From: Geosiphon pyriformis uo1
Lineage: Eukaryota > Fungi > Glomeromycota
Reading direction: 5' to 3'
Assembly: GCA_016748015.1 (NCBI GenBank)
Contig: JAAOMT010000328.1
Span: 186,001 to 250,000 of the forward strand
DNA: 64,000 nt
Position 1 is the stretch's first letter. Each line of letters opens with the position of its first letter. The notes beneath the pieces are model-generated. The model saw nothing but the letters and a program-made list of their open reading frames with translations. It searched no databases and was not told the DNA's origin. Shown here one piece after another: positions 1-11,265 of this stretch. The position numbers were made by a program, and so were the translations under genes.

Positions 1-1248
1 AAAGTGGAATGTTTTAATTCGGAAAGGCCTGAAACTAAAGTTGGGTCTGCCTCTAGACTTTCCTAATGATGTTTTACACCACTTTTTATTTTATGGCTTG
101 AAGACTTTTGAGCAAATCCAAGCCAAAGGCAAAGTTGTTACTGTGGTATGCTTCGCTAACTCTGTTGGAATTTTGGGCCAGTTGTTCATGCATAGGTTAC
201 ATGACTTGCAAGTCTTGAGTTGGTGTCCAGTACATCCCTTGTGTTTTCCAATTCGCATTAGTGTTAATCCTTTGAACAACTTCTTAGCGAATGTGGTTTG
301 AGTCTTTTTTGACTCTGGTTTGTCCTTGGGCAACCTTGTTTATAACACTTTTCGCTTCCAGAATGGAACTCTTTTATCTGAGATTCTTAGTAAATCAATG
401 TATTTCAGGTGTCTTTCTTCCCTTTGTCATTATGGAATAGCTTTTGTTGAGCAGCTTCGATGCCGAAATGGTGCTGTCTTTGATTGGAAAACTTTCAAGC
501 AGTAGAAAAGGCTCAACTCACATGGTCCTGTTTCTGTCTGGTTTGCTGTTGCTGTTTGGCATCTTCATATTGCTGGTTCTCTTGATGTTGGCTTCTCCTT
601 TTTGGTTGCTACTTTTGTAAAAAACATTTTTGATTCCCATGAATTTTGGTCAGTGTGTAATCAGTTGTCTGGCCTTGGTGCTTCTGATTTTTCTGTGTAC
701 ATGGATGGTTCTCTTTGTAGCTTGGGGAGTGTGAATATAAAAGCTGGTACTGCCGCATTCTTTGAAGACATTAACTTGGATCTTGGAGTAAAAGTGTTTG
801 GCATGGTTTCTTCTATGTTAGCAGAGCTTCAGGCCATTGTGTTGGCTCTTGAGTGTGTGCCTAGTTCAAGTTCAATCCATCTATTCTCTGACAGCCAAGC
901 TGCATTGGATGCATGTAAATCTGAATTATTATTGTTGGCTCTGGATTTTTGAAATAAATATTGGGTTGAGTGTTAACACATTGCTGGAATCATACGTGAC
1001 AGGAATTTGGACATTAGCTGGCATAAGGTCAAAGGTCACTCAGGTGTTCTGGGTAATGATAAAACTGACTTGCTTGCTGGTGTTTCTTCTCATCCAGGCC
1101 AGATCTTTTACCTCTGGCTTAAGGAATGTTTTATCTTGGCTAATGGCAATATTGTTTCTGGAAATTCTAGGCACTTTGTTTGTGATGTTTTTTGGTCTAT
1201 TCATCATGCAAGCTGGGAGGTTGGCTCTGGCACCAGAATTGTGCCTGG

Positions 1249-1926
1249 TGTTACCAGTAGAATTTTAGCTATTAATTAGCATGAAATTTCCTTTATAATT
1301 CCTATCATTAATTAGCATATATTATTATCGTTTCGAATTTCACTTATTATTTAATCAAATTAGCAATTATCATCATTTAATCAATAACCCGATTTGGACC
1401 ATAGAAATTGAGATGATCAATTTACACAATACCCTGAACCATATAACATAGCCAAAATTCGCCGAAATTAATGAAAATTGGCCGAAATAATTCATAGTTC
1501 AGCGAAATAANNNNNNNNNNNNNNNNNNNNCTCCAGGCCTGGATAGAAAACGTTTCCTTGACAAAATTCTATTTCTTTACGTTTCTTTTATTTTTCTCTT
1601 TCTTTTCTTATCATAATCATTTGGGTAGCCTACAGACGAGATTCCTGTAGAAGAGTTGACTTTCACAGCAAAGTAACTACACATTTTTAGTGAGCTTCCA
1701 GACGAGCAATTCCTGGGAAAGAGTTGACGTTTACTACAACGTAACTACATAAAGTAACTGGCACGGAATTGGCCATTCCACTTATAAGCCCAGCGGTTCA
1801 AATTATAGGAGATAATTTGAAGATAAATTCAGTTATCGAAGGTTCAACTACTTCCTCTAGTCGTGAATAAAACAGCAAAACAACACCACAACCTTCAAGA
1901 AAAGAGACCAAAAACCTCCGGTAACA
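1249..1926 (+). mobile_element. Solo LTR (or collapsed element) of the Ty3/Gypsy family found at 4799 and 25810
   Basis: Starts TGTTACCAG, ends CCGGTAACA; 4-bp TSD CTGG at 1245-1248 and 1927-1930; removing it restores the LINE frame RIVPG|HLFPGIDWFK; homologous to 13455-14430; contains a 20-N gap. Confidence 0.88.
1511..1530. other. Assembly gap (20 N) inside LTR
   Basis: Run of n. Confidence 1.
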
Positions 1927-2845
1927 CTGGTCATCTTTTTCCAGGTATTGATTGGTTTAAGTCATTCCTTGTTTGGCATCTTAACATTCACATGGCTGCT
2001 GGCTTTACAAGTTGCCACTCGGCTGACTCTCGTTCTTATTTCATAAAAGCTTTACATCATAAATTACCTGTTGCTGTTCGAAAACACCTCTATGATAGAC
2101 ATTATCTCAATATGAAGTGCCTATATTGTGGCAATATTGAGTTGTCGGACCATGTTTTCTCTTGTGCATTTGATGTGGCTGCTTGGTTCCAGTTGTTTGT
2201 TGATTTTGTCTCCACTTGGAAAACTGTTTCTGATCTGTCTCATGCCTCCTCTCATGTATCGCAAATGTTATCCAATTGTTTGGCTGATTTGGAGCTTGTT
2301 GCTTTGCTGTACAAAGGTTTTGTGCTTGTGGATTGGTACTAGGAGGTCACTTCTTGCTTTGACAACTCTAAGGTTGCATCTAGCAATGTGGTTGAGTTTG
2401 TTCGCAGTTTGTGCTTGTCTTTTAGGAATGATATTTGGCTGGTCCATTTCAAGCATTGTGCCTATATAGAAAAACATGGTCTGATCTCTTGTGATGGTTT
2501 ATTTCTTGTCTCAATGTCTGGTGGCATGTCAGTGTTTTCAGTCTGAGTGGTTAGACTGCTTGGTATTAACAATGCATTTGGTGTTAGTTTTGGGCTATGC
2601 AGTTCCTGCCAGTTTTTCTCAGGTGTAGATAATTTGGTTTCTGTGCATGTGAATGTATAGTGTAGTCCTGATTGGCTTAAGTGGCTAGTCACGTATAGGA
2701 AGAGCATGATTCACACCTAGTTTAGATTATTATTTTGATGTATTGTTACTAGGCAGTATTTGGACTTCACTTGTTAAAGTAAAAAAATAATAATAATAAT
2801 AATAATAACTTAAAAAAATATATATATTTGAAATTTCAGAAATTT

Positions 2846-3068
2846 TATATTATAAATTAAAATAAGATTTAAGTTGATTTAGAATTAATTTAAGTTGATT
2901 TGGGATTTTATTCCAATTTAAATTAGTTTAGAATTTTTAATTTAATACTATGTTAATTTCGAATTAACATAATCAATAATATTTTTTATAATATTTACCA
3001 ATAAAAAATTTTTTTTTATCAATCAAATAATTGATATTTAATGTATTTTTAGTTATTATTATACGTAT
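2846..3068 (+). repeat. Left terminal inverted repeat
   Basis: TATGTTAATTTCGAATTAACATAATCAAT...ATATTTACCAATAAAAAA matches the reverse complement of 15075-15140. Confidence 0.8.
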
Positions 3069-3913
3069 AATATTAATATTTATTTATTGTAATTTTGGCA
3101 CTATTTTTTTTAATTTTTACAATTATTGCTATTACTACTATAATATTGTATATTATATAAAATTCCAGCTTTTTTACAATTATAATAATTAATTTTACAA
3201 TTTTCCTTACAATTACATTAATAATCTGTTATTTGACTTTAATATAAGACTGCTTTATATAAAAAAATAAAGGTATTTGGTATTTTTCACAATTTTAGAA
3301 AATTAATAGTCTTAGTAAGCATTATTTTTATTATATAATAAAAATTATTTAAGATTTTTAACTTGTATCTTAATTTGTATTGTCTGTTATTAATAATTTT
3401 GACTATTTTATATATGAAAAGCTTTCTATTTGTACTTAAACAATTAATCTTTGAAATTTTAATTTGCACAAAATTTTTAGTTTTATAAGATATTTTTTAC
3501 TTTGCATTTTTATAAACCATTTTTATAAAGTATTTTTTTGGTATTATTAAGATATTAGTCATGTGTAATTTAACATATTTTGTAATGACCCAGCAGATAA
3601 ATTAGCAATATTATATAGTATATTGTTTTAGTTATTATTATTTTATTAAAAAAATAATATAGAAATAAATATAAAAAAAGCAAAAAAACAAAAATATTAT
3701 CTTGTTACTTAAAATTATAATTGAAAAAATCTGGAAGTTATTTAAATAAAACTTAGTATTTTCTAAAAAACTGTTAGTTTTTTTCATTTATTGCTTAATA
3801 ATATTTTTCTTGATTTCTCTTAATTCTCTTTCAAAAGTATTTACTATTTAATATTACTGTTGCTAATTTAATTATTGTTTTTACTAATTTATGTGCTACT
3901 GCTAATTATTTAA

Positions 3914-4105
3914 TTGTTGCTATTAAATATCTTGTAGTGACTATTGCTGATTATCTTGTTAAACATCTTAATATCAATGCTGTTGTCTTTACTAGTTAAC
4001 TTGTTATTGCTTTTGCTAGTTATCTTATTGCTGCTTTTGTTAGTCATTTTGTTATAGTTTCTAGTCAACTTACTAATGTCTTTGCTAGTCATCTTGTTGC
4101 TGTTA
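3914..4105. repeat. Degenerate ~24-bp tandem repeat
   Basis: Recurring units like TTGTTATTGCTTTTGCTAGTTATC; minus-strand ORF 3910-4092 reads as KMTNKSSN/KITSKSNN/KLTSKDNS repeats. Confidence 0.65.
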
Positions 4106-4798
4106 CTGCTTACTGCTAAGTATTTTGCTACTGGTATTGGTTTACTTGTTGTTTATTATTATTTTTTATTTTCTGTTAAATTTGTAATTATGTTTCTTTA
4201 TAAGATAATTTTACATCCAAGTCTTTAGAAAAATTTTTTTCTTGAGTAAATTGATTGTTTAAAAAGAGATTTAAAAATAAAATAAATCACATAAAGTTTT
4301 TTTTTAAATATTATTTTATATAAAAAAAAGCCAATAACAGCAGAAACTTTTGTGTTTATTGTATCTAAGTATAAAAATAAATTAATAATTATTTAAATAA
4401 GTTAAATAATATAAAAAGTATGTTTTTATATATTATCTAATAAAGTTTATATAATTAATTATTGGTTTTTTTATTTTTTATCTATTTTAAAAGATTTTGT
4501 TAAAGTACATTATTAGCTTATTTAATTAATTTTTAAAATTAAAGATGTCTTAAACATTTATTTATAATACAAATAATTGGCCAAAATTCTGTTAATTTTT
4601 TAATTATATCTACTATAAACTTTTTTTCATTATTAGTTTGCAGAATAGTTGAAGGCTTAAATCCAGTAAAAATTCAAAAAAAAGTTTATTATTTTTTTTG
4701 CTTTTTTAAAAAAAAAGCAATAGTTCAAAAAAACTTTATAAAATGATTCTGAACATAACAAATATATTTGCAAGAATTATTTGGCTAATTATACATAT

Positions 4799-5382
4799 TG
4801 TTACCAGACGAAATTAGAGATATTATTTAGCATGAAATTATCTTATAATTCCTATCATTAATTAGCATATATTATTGTTTCAAATGATCACTTATTACAT
4901 TAGCAAAAATGTCCAAAATTATCATTTAATTAATAACTTAAATTGTACACAACACAAATGTAACCTAATTGCGATGATTAATCATGCAATACCCCGAACT
5001 ATGTAACATTCAGAAGTTCACTGAAATTTATAAAAATTTGCCAAAATAATTGATAGTTTACCGAAATATCTAATAGTTTGCCGAAATAACTTGTAGTTCG
5101 CCGAAATATATCTTTAGTTCAGCGAAATTGTAGAAAATAGCAAAGTTCAAGTTCATAGAATAGTGTTACAACAAGTTGTATAAAAGAAGAGCTTCTCTCT
5201 TCGAGAAAATGCATCTTACTTTAGATTTATCACTTAGAACCATTTCTACATACACAAAAGAAATAAATATCAAATAATTTGAAAAACCAAATTTTTTAAT
5301 TATTGCACTTGGAAAATCCCCAAAACCCAACTAATATTTTGAAATTGATTAGCTACCAATTTCAGTAAACTGTTAGTAACTC
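4799..5382 (+). repeat. 5' LTR of copy 1 (3' part and PBS lost in the gap)
   Basis: Colinear with 13455-14038, differing only by transitions as far as seen. Confidence 0.95.
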
Positions 5383-5619
5383 NNNNNNNNNNNNNNNNNN
5401 NNNNNNNNNNNNNNNNNNNNNNNNNNNNNNNNNNNNNNNNNNNNNNNNNNNNNNNNNNNNNNNNNNNNNNNNNNNNNNNNNNNNNNNNNNNNNNNNNNNN
5501 NNNNNNNNNNNNNNNNNNNNNNNNNNNNNNNNNNNNNNNNNNNNNNNNNNNNNNNNNNNNNNNNNNNNNNNNNNNNNNNNNNNNNNNNNNNNNNNNNNNN
5601 NNNNNNNNNNNNNNNNNNN
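5383..5619. other. Assembly gap (237 N)
   Basis: Run of n; comparison with copy 2 suggests roughly 460 bp are really missing. Confidence 0.95.
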
Positions 5620-7560
5620 ACTCTAGAGTATTACCAATCAATTTACACCCACTGCAAGCAAAGATTCAACATTCCAGACGGAATTGAAGTTGTCAAGAAA
5701 TCAGTATACCAATACATTGAAAACCACATCAACAATTATCTTTTTGAAAATTACAATATCTCAGAAGTTAGAAGCAACTTTTACAATAATTTAGCACACT
5801 ATTTACAGTTGGGAACTGAAGACCTTAATAGTGAAACACTTGCCACTTACTTTCACGAACTTAATTTTAACATTATCAAATACTGTGAAGAAACATATCC
5901 AGTGCAGTCTCAATACACTATTGATTTTGAATCAGAAACAGAAACAAGCAACAAAGACAAAAACAAATTAAAGCAATATTCAAGAACCACCCCAAATACT
6001 CCAACACTACTGAAAACAACTGCCAAACATTTACAAACACCTAAACAAGGAACCAGCTCAAAACTTCTACTTACTATCACACCTTTTCCAGCTTCACTTG
6101 CACAAGCACAAACACTTAATTCACCCTTGAATCGATTTGCAAGACCAGAAGATTTTACATTACTCAGAAGTCCCACCAGACAACAAGAACTCCTTCAAAC
6201 TAGTTCCAATCTCCTTGATTTTCTAGCTGAAAATCAAAGTGAACACTCTGAGACAGTAGCAAATGAAGAAAACAACTCTGAAATAACTGAAGAAGAATCA
6301 ATAGACAGTGAAAATGAAAAAGATGAAATGACAACATATATCGCAAAAATCCCTGAATTCAATGGAGAAGATATTGAGACCAGTCCCCAAGAATGGCTCG
6401 ACCAAGTTACTAAAGCTGGAGATGCAAATGGATGGAATGCTGCCGAATGTTAAGAACAATTCCCTACTTTCTCAAAGGAACAGCAGGAGAATGGTTTGAA
6501 AACCTTGTCACCCCATTCAATGATTGGAATGCTTTCAAAGCAGCCTTCCTTGAACAGTTCACTGACAATAATAGCTCCATCACTCTTTGCAATCATTTTC
6601 AAAATATCAAACAAGAACCCTCCGAATTCATTATGACTTATATTGAGAAATTCAACAAACTTCTCAGACAGATTCGCCAACTTGAAACAAACAATTATTA
6701 TTCTGATGCTTAAATCTTGGATCAATTTATCACTGGTCTAAAAGATAAACTAATTAAAAAAGTTCACCCACACGTGCCAGAAGATTTAAACTCTGCCATA
6801 CAGCATGCGAAAAGATATGAAATAGCCATGGAAGAAGCCAATCATACAAAACTTGTAAATTTGGCAATTAGAGAACCCAGCTCAGCAGCTGAGGAAAAAA
6901 TTGACCAACTCACAAAGAAGGTCGAAAACTATTTTACCAACCAACAACAACAACAACCCCAAAGATATCAACCACTCCAAAGATGAAATCAAAATAACTT
7001 TGCACTACTTTCCAATAACCAGCCCCAGAATTGCCATTACTGTGGAATCTCTGGCCACTGGAAAAGAGATTGCAGAAAGCTGCAACGAGACCAACAAAAT
7101 AAGGGTAATCAACGTTACTCTCTACTACAACAATCTTATTATCAACCATCACCACCAGCTTACTATCCACCAAGACTCCAATACCAAAATAACTATTATC
7201 AGCCCGCCCCACAACCAATCCAACAGCAATACCAACAACCACCCACACAACATTATCAAGTACCTGCTCGAAAACTGATTACACAAAATCAATTCACACC
7301 ACAAAACTGATACCAAGTAAACAACAGTAGAATCAATTCGAACAACCAATTGGTTCTCCGAAATACCATTCAACCAAGATCCAACCATTACCACACTCAA
7401 CCCAGTTATTTAACAATGCCGGAAGAACAGGATTTTCACCATACTGCACCCTCGGAAGGTAGAGTTGCAGCACAACAACAACAAAACCCTTCTCATAACC
7501 ACACCACTATTCCACTAGCCTGAATTGCTGAAAACGCCAATCTCTCTGATATCTTTCCTT
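5620..7560 (+). pseudogene. gag: gag (N-terminal extension, capsid-like domain, CCHC zinc knuckle, Gln-rich linker)
   Basis: MTTYIAKIPEFNGEDIETSPQEWL from ATG 6328; CHYCGISGHWKRDC at 7032-7073; 1-bp deletion near 6445 relative to copy 2; in-frame stops. Confidence 0.9.
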
Positions 7561-7629
7561 TTGAATTTGAAGCAAATGAATCACCATTCTTGCTTAGCAA
7601 TGCAGCAGCTAATGAGCAAAAAGCCATCA

Positions 7630-7990
7630 CTGCAATGTACACAGAAGCTGAAGTAGAAGGAAAGCCAATTCACTTGATCCTAGACAGTAGATCTGCCGGA
7701 AGCATTATTATCTACCAGTTAATGCAACAGTTGAAAAGAAATGTCAACCGACCAGCTCAAACAGTAATTGTCACTGCTGATGGCATGAAAAAGACACCAG
7801 TAGGAGAAATTGACAATTTTCTATTCACTCTTGATGGAATCACCATTCCAGTCAAAGTTCTTGTAATGGACGCACCCCAGTACCAAGCTCTTGTCGGAAA
7901 TAATTGGCTTCAAAAAGCCAATGCTAATCTGAATTGGGAAACACAAGAGTTAACAATCTCCTACCAAGGACAACATGCCCGAGTACCTGC
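7630..7990 (+). pseudogene. Retropepsin-type aspartic protease
   Basis: LILDSRSAGSII (copy 2: LILDSGSTGSII) and ALVGNNWL. Confidence 0.9.
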
Positions 7991-8201
7991 CATTTGTAGT
8001 ACATTCAACAAACACTCCGAAAAAGCCCCAGCTTTTGAATTTGAACCAGAAGAAGAAAAACCAATAATCAAAACATTCATGGCTCTTGGATCAACGTTCA
8101 ACTGGACCAATGAAACAAAACAAGAACATTTTACCCCACACACTAAACCCAAAACCTCTGGATGGAATATACCTTACTCAAAACCCGAACCAAGAAAACA
8201 A

Positions 8202-8825
8202 TGCCCCTATATTCTCCTTAAATGTAAGGACTGTCACAAGAAACTATCGTCAATGGGAGCCTGCATTTCACCTGAAGAAGAATATGAGAATCATACTTGT
8301 TATTACTGTAAGGCTTGCCACAGAGAGTAATGGGGCCATCTAATAAAAAGAAGCGGAAAATGGGACAACACCCCTTGTTTGACTTGTGGAAATATGCTAC
8401 CAAAAGAATGCAATTGGATTGATGTAGCAATGAGAGAAGGCGTCTGCGATCAGACCTGCCAATATGCTTTATCAATTTCAGAAAAAGTAAAAAGAGGAAC
8501 ACCCTTTAATGCAGCATACAATAGTGCTCTCAACAAATTTTATCACTACCCTCATAATGCCGAGATGATTTTCAACTTAGCAATGACATTAATTAATAGA
8601 GCTACCAAAGAAGATGTTTGTCAAATGAAGGAAGCAAAATACATTGAATACACCATAGAATTAGCTGGATTCGATTACGAAGATGAAGTAGAAGTCTACC
8701 ACCAAATTGCAAGTCACACCTACCCGACCCAAGAAGCTCAAATTCAATGATTAGAGCAAATGAACATTAGGCTATGTGAAGAATGCATTATGCTTTGTGA
8801 TGAACAGTGGTGTCTTGAATACTAT
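8202..8825 (+). pseudogene. Cys-rich putative zinc-binding domain of unknown function inside pol
   Basis: CKDC, CKAC, CLTC, CDQTC, CEEC-x3-C-x4-C motifs in the pol frame; also present in copy 2. Confidence 0.7.
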
Positions 8826-8975
8826 ACTTTTAGTATCCCCTTGCCCAGCGAGAATGATGAGAATAAAATTGAATTTGGAGAACCTGAAGAAACGGAAGAA
8901 ATTGAAACAACACCCATCTACCTTATTGAAAATTAGCCTGCCTTACAACTTAAATACTTCAACAACAACAGATAA

Positions 8976-9374
8976 GGAATAAAACCTGAAAAAGCACACG
9001 AAATTGATGCTGGATATGACCTAAGATATCCAGGCAAGGATACTCTTGTTCTCAAACCCAAATCTCTCACAAAAATCAACCTCAAAATTGCACTCGAAAT
9101 CCCGCCAGGAGCAATGGTTCAAATCGCCTCCTGGTCCTCTCTAGCAAGCAGAAAAATCAATGTCAGAGGAGGAATAATCAATGCTGGATATACTGGAGAC
9201 ATAACAGTGATGCTTCAAAATGAAACTGACAAACCATTCAAGATCGAACATGCTGAAAAAATTGCCCAAGCTATTTACCTACCCTTAATCAACATTTCGG
9301 GTTTGCAACTAGTCAATCAAAGAGAACAATTAGGAAAAAGCGATAGAAGAACCCAAGGTTTTGGTTCAACTGAA
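8976..9374 (+). pseudogene. dut: dUTPase domain inside pol
   Basis: All five trimeric dUTPase motifs recognisable: DAGYDL, S(R>W)SSL, GGII(D>N)AGYTG, EKIAQ, R(G>R)TQGFGST. Confidence 0.93.
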
Positions 9375-9849
9375 CGATTCACAGTTTCAGTTAATATAGC
9401 TCTTAACATACAGAACAAATCCCACCAGATTCTCAGACTTTCACAACCAATTACCATCTTACCCTTTGGAGAACATCCAGAAATCTACATCTGCCTAAAG
9501 CCAACAACCACACAACAAATTTTTGAGTCCAATGAGCAAGTCTGCTTGGAACATAATATTTTGATCCCAAACATTTATATTCCAGAAGGAACAAAGAAAA
9601 TCCGAGTTACTTTTTACAACCCCAATAATTATCCCATAATTTTATTAAATAATTTAGAAATTGGAGTTATTCACAGTAAAATATTTTAACAAGAATTACC
9701 CCAAATAGTTCCCGATTTCTCTGAAATTATCGGACATTCAATACCAAAAACCAACCCAAACCCCAGCTCCAAAAACTACCATGTTGTCATGGGAAAACTA
9801 TCTCGAATCAACATGGGACAACTTAAACCACAACAACAGACCCAGCTCA

Positions 9850-11216
9850 AAGAGTTAATTGCAGAATTTGCTGACATTTTCGCCAAAAACAACAATGACT
9901 TAGGAAAAACTGATTTGGTTCAACACTAAATCTATACAGGAAATGCCAAACCAAGATGACAACAAGCCTACCAAGTTGCCCCAGAAAGTCACCAATTTAT
10001 CCGAGAAGAAGTACAACGGATGCTTAACAATGGGCTTATTTAACCATCAATGAGCCCATGAGCCTCACCTGTGGTTCTAGTTAAAAAGAAAAATGGGAAG
10101 ATACGATTTTGTGTTGATTACCGACAACTCAACAGTGTCACTATTGGAGATGCCTATCCTCTTTCCCGAATTGATGACATGTTAGATGCCCTTGGAAAGT
10201 CCGAATACTTTTCAACATTAAATTTAGAGAGTGAATACTGGCAAGTTGCTATGAATCCCAAAGACCGCCCCAAAACAGCATTTACCACTCAAAGAGGAAA
10301 TTATGAATTCAATGTAATGCCTTTCGGATTATGCAATGCATTAGCAACATTCCAAAGACTCATGGATGTTGTTTACAAAGGCCTCCTTTGGAAATCAGTA
10401 GTAGTTTATCTTGATGACACTGATGTTTATTCACCATCTTTCGAGCTACATTTAAGTCACCTGCAAGAAGTTTTTCAACAATTACGGAAAGCAGGATTGA
10501 AATTGAACATTGAAAAATGCTACTTCGGAAAAACAAGTTTAGCTTTTCTTGGTCACATTGTTAGCAAAGATGGAATTAAACCAGATCCCAGAAAAATCAG
10601 TACTGTCAAGAACTTTAAGACTCCACGAAATACCACAGAATTAAGAGGATTTATTGGATTAGCATCCTATTACCAAAAATTCATCAAAGGATTCTCAGAA
10701 ATTGTGAAACCTCTCAACCAGCTCACTACTAAAAATGTCGAATACAAATGGACAGAAGAACACCAAAATGCCTTCGAGATACTTAAGGAAAAACTCACAA
10801 CAGCTCCAATCCTCGCCTACCCAGATTTTAGCAACCAATTCCGGTTAGCAACTGACGCCTCTTATACTGTCTTTGGTGCCATCCTATCACAGTTAGATGA
10901 CAATGGAAATGAGCAAGTAATTGCTTATGCTAGTAGAACATTAAAGCCAGCCGAAAAGAACTATCCTGCAACAGAATTAGAAACCACAGCAGTAATCTGG
11001 GCCCTACATCACTTCAACCTTTACCTCAGACCCAAAGAATTCGATATTATCACTGATAATATTGGACTTAAATGGCTTCAAAACAAAAACACCCAGCTGA
11101 ACACAAAACAAACCCGATGGACAGGATTTTTAGCTAATTACCGATACATTGTACACCACAAACCAGGAAAACTTCACACCAATGTTAATTGTCTCTCAAG
11201 AATGAGGCAAGATTAG
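9850..11216 (+). pseudogene. pol: Reverse transcriptase and RNase H (Ty3/Gypsy type)
   Basis: RFCVDYRQLN, MPFGLCNA, VYLDD, ATDAS, YPATELE, ITDN; frame ends TAG at 11214-11216. Confidence 0.97.
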
Positions 11217-11265
11217 AAAACAAAACCAACACCCATTTGAATTAACAGCATTAAAACAACAAACA

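Larger units (their letters stand above)
1..2810 (+). mobile_element. LINE copy A: 3' part of ORF2 (post-RT region, RNase H, Cys/His motif), 3' UTR and (AAT)n tail; interrupted by an LTR at 1249-1926
   Basis: RNase H motifs YMDGS, AELQAI, FSDSQAA, KVKGHSG..GNDKTD; CLYCG..ELSDHVFSC; ORF2 stop at 2660; 3' UTR shared with the other copies; A/AAT tail 2781-2810; many in-frame stops. Confidence 0.92.

Noticed and set aside
5010-5130. Regularly spaced short repeats as a CRISPR array
   Set aside because: Eukaryotic LTR context, spacers only about 10 nt, no cas genes
6901-7400. Asn/His-rich and antisense Val-rich ORFs in the track
   Set aside because: Alternate-frame shadows of the Gln-rich gag linker; the same applies to most short antisense ORFs in the TEs
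8976-9374. dUTPase as the counter to the observed hypermutation
   Set aside because: dUTPase limits dUTP incorporation during cDNA synthesis, while LTR-LTR differences arose after integration and LINEs lacking dUTPase show the same pattern
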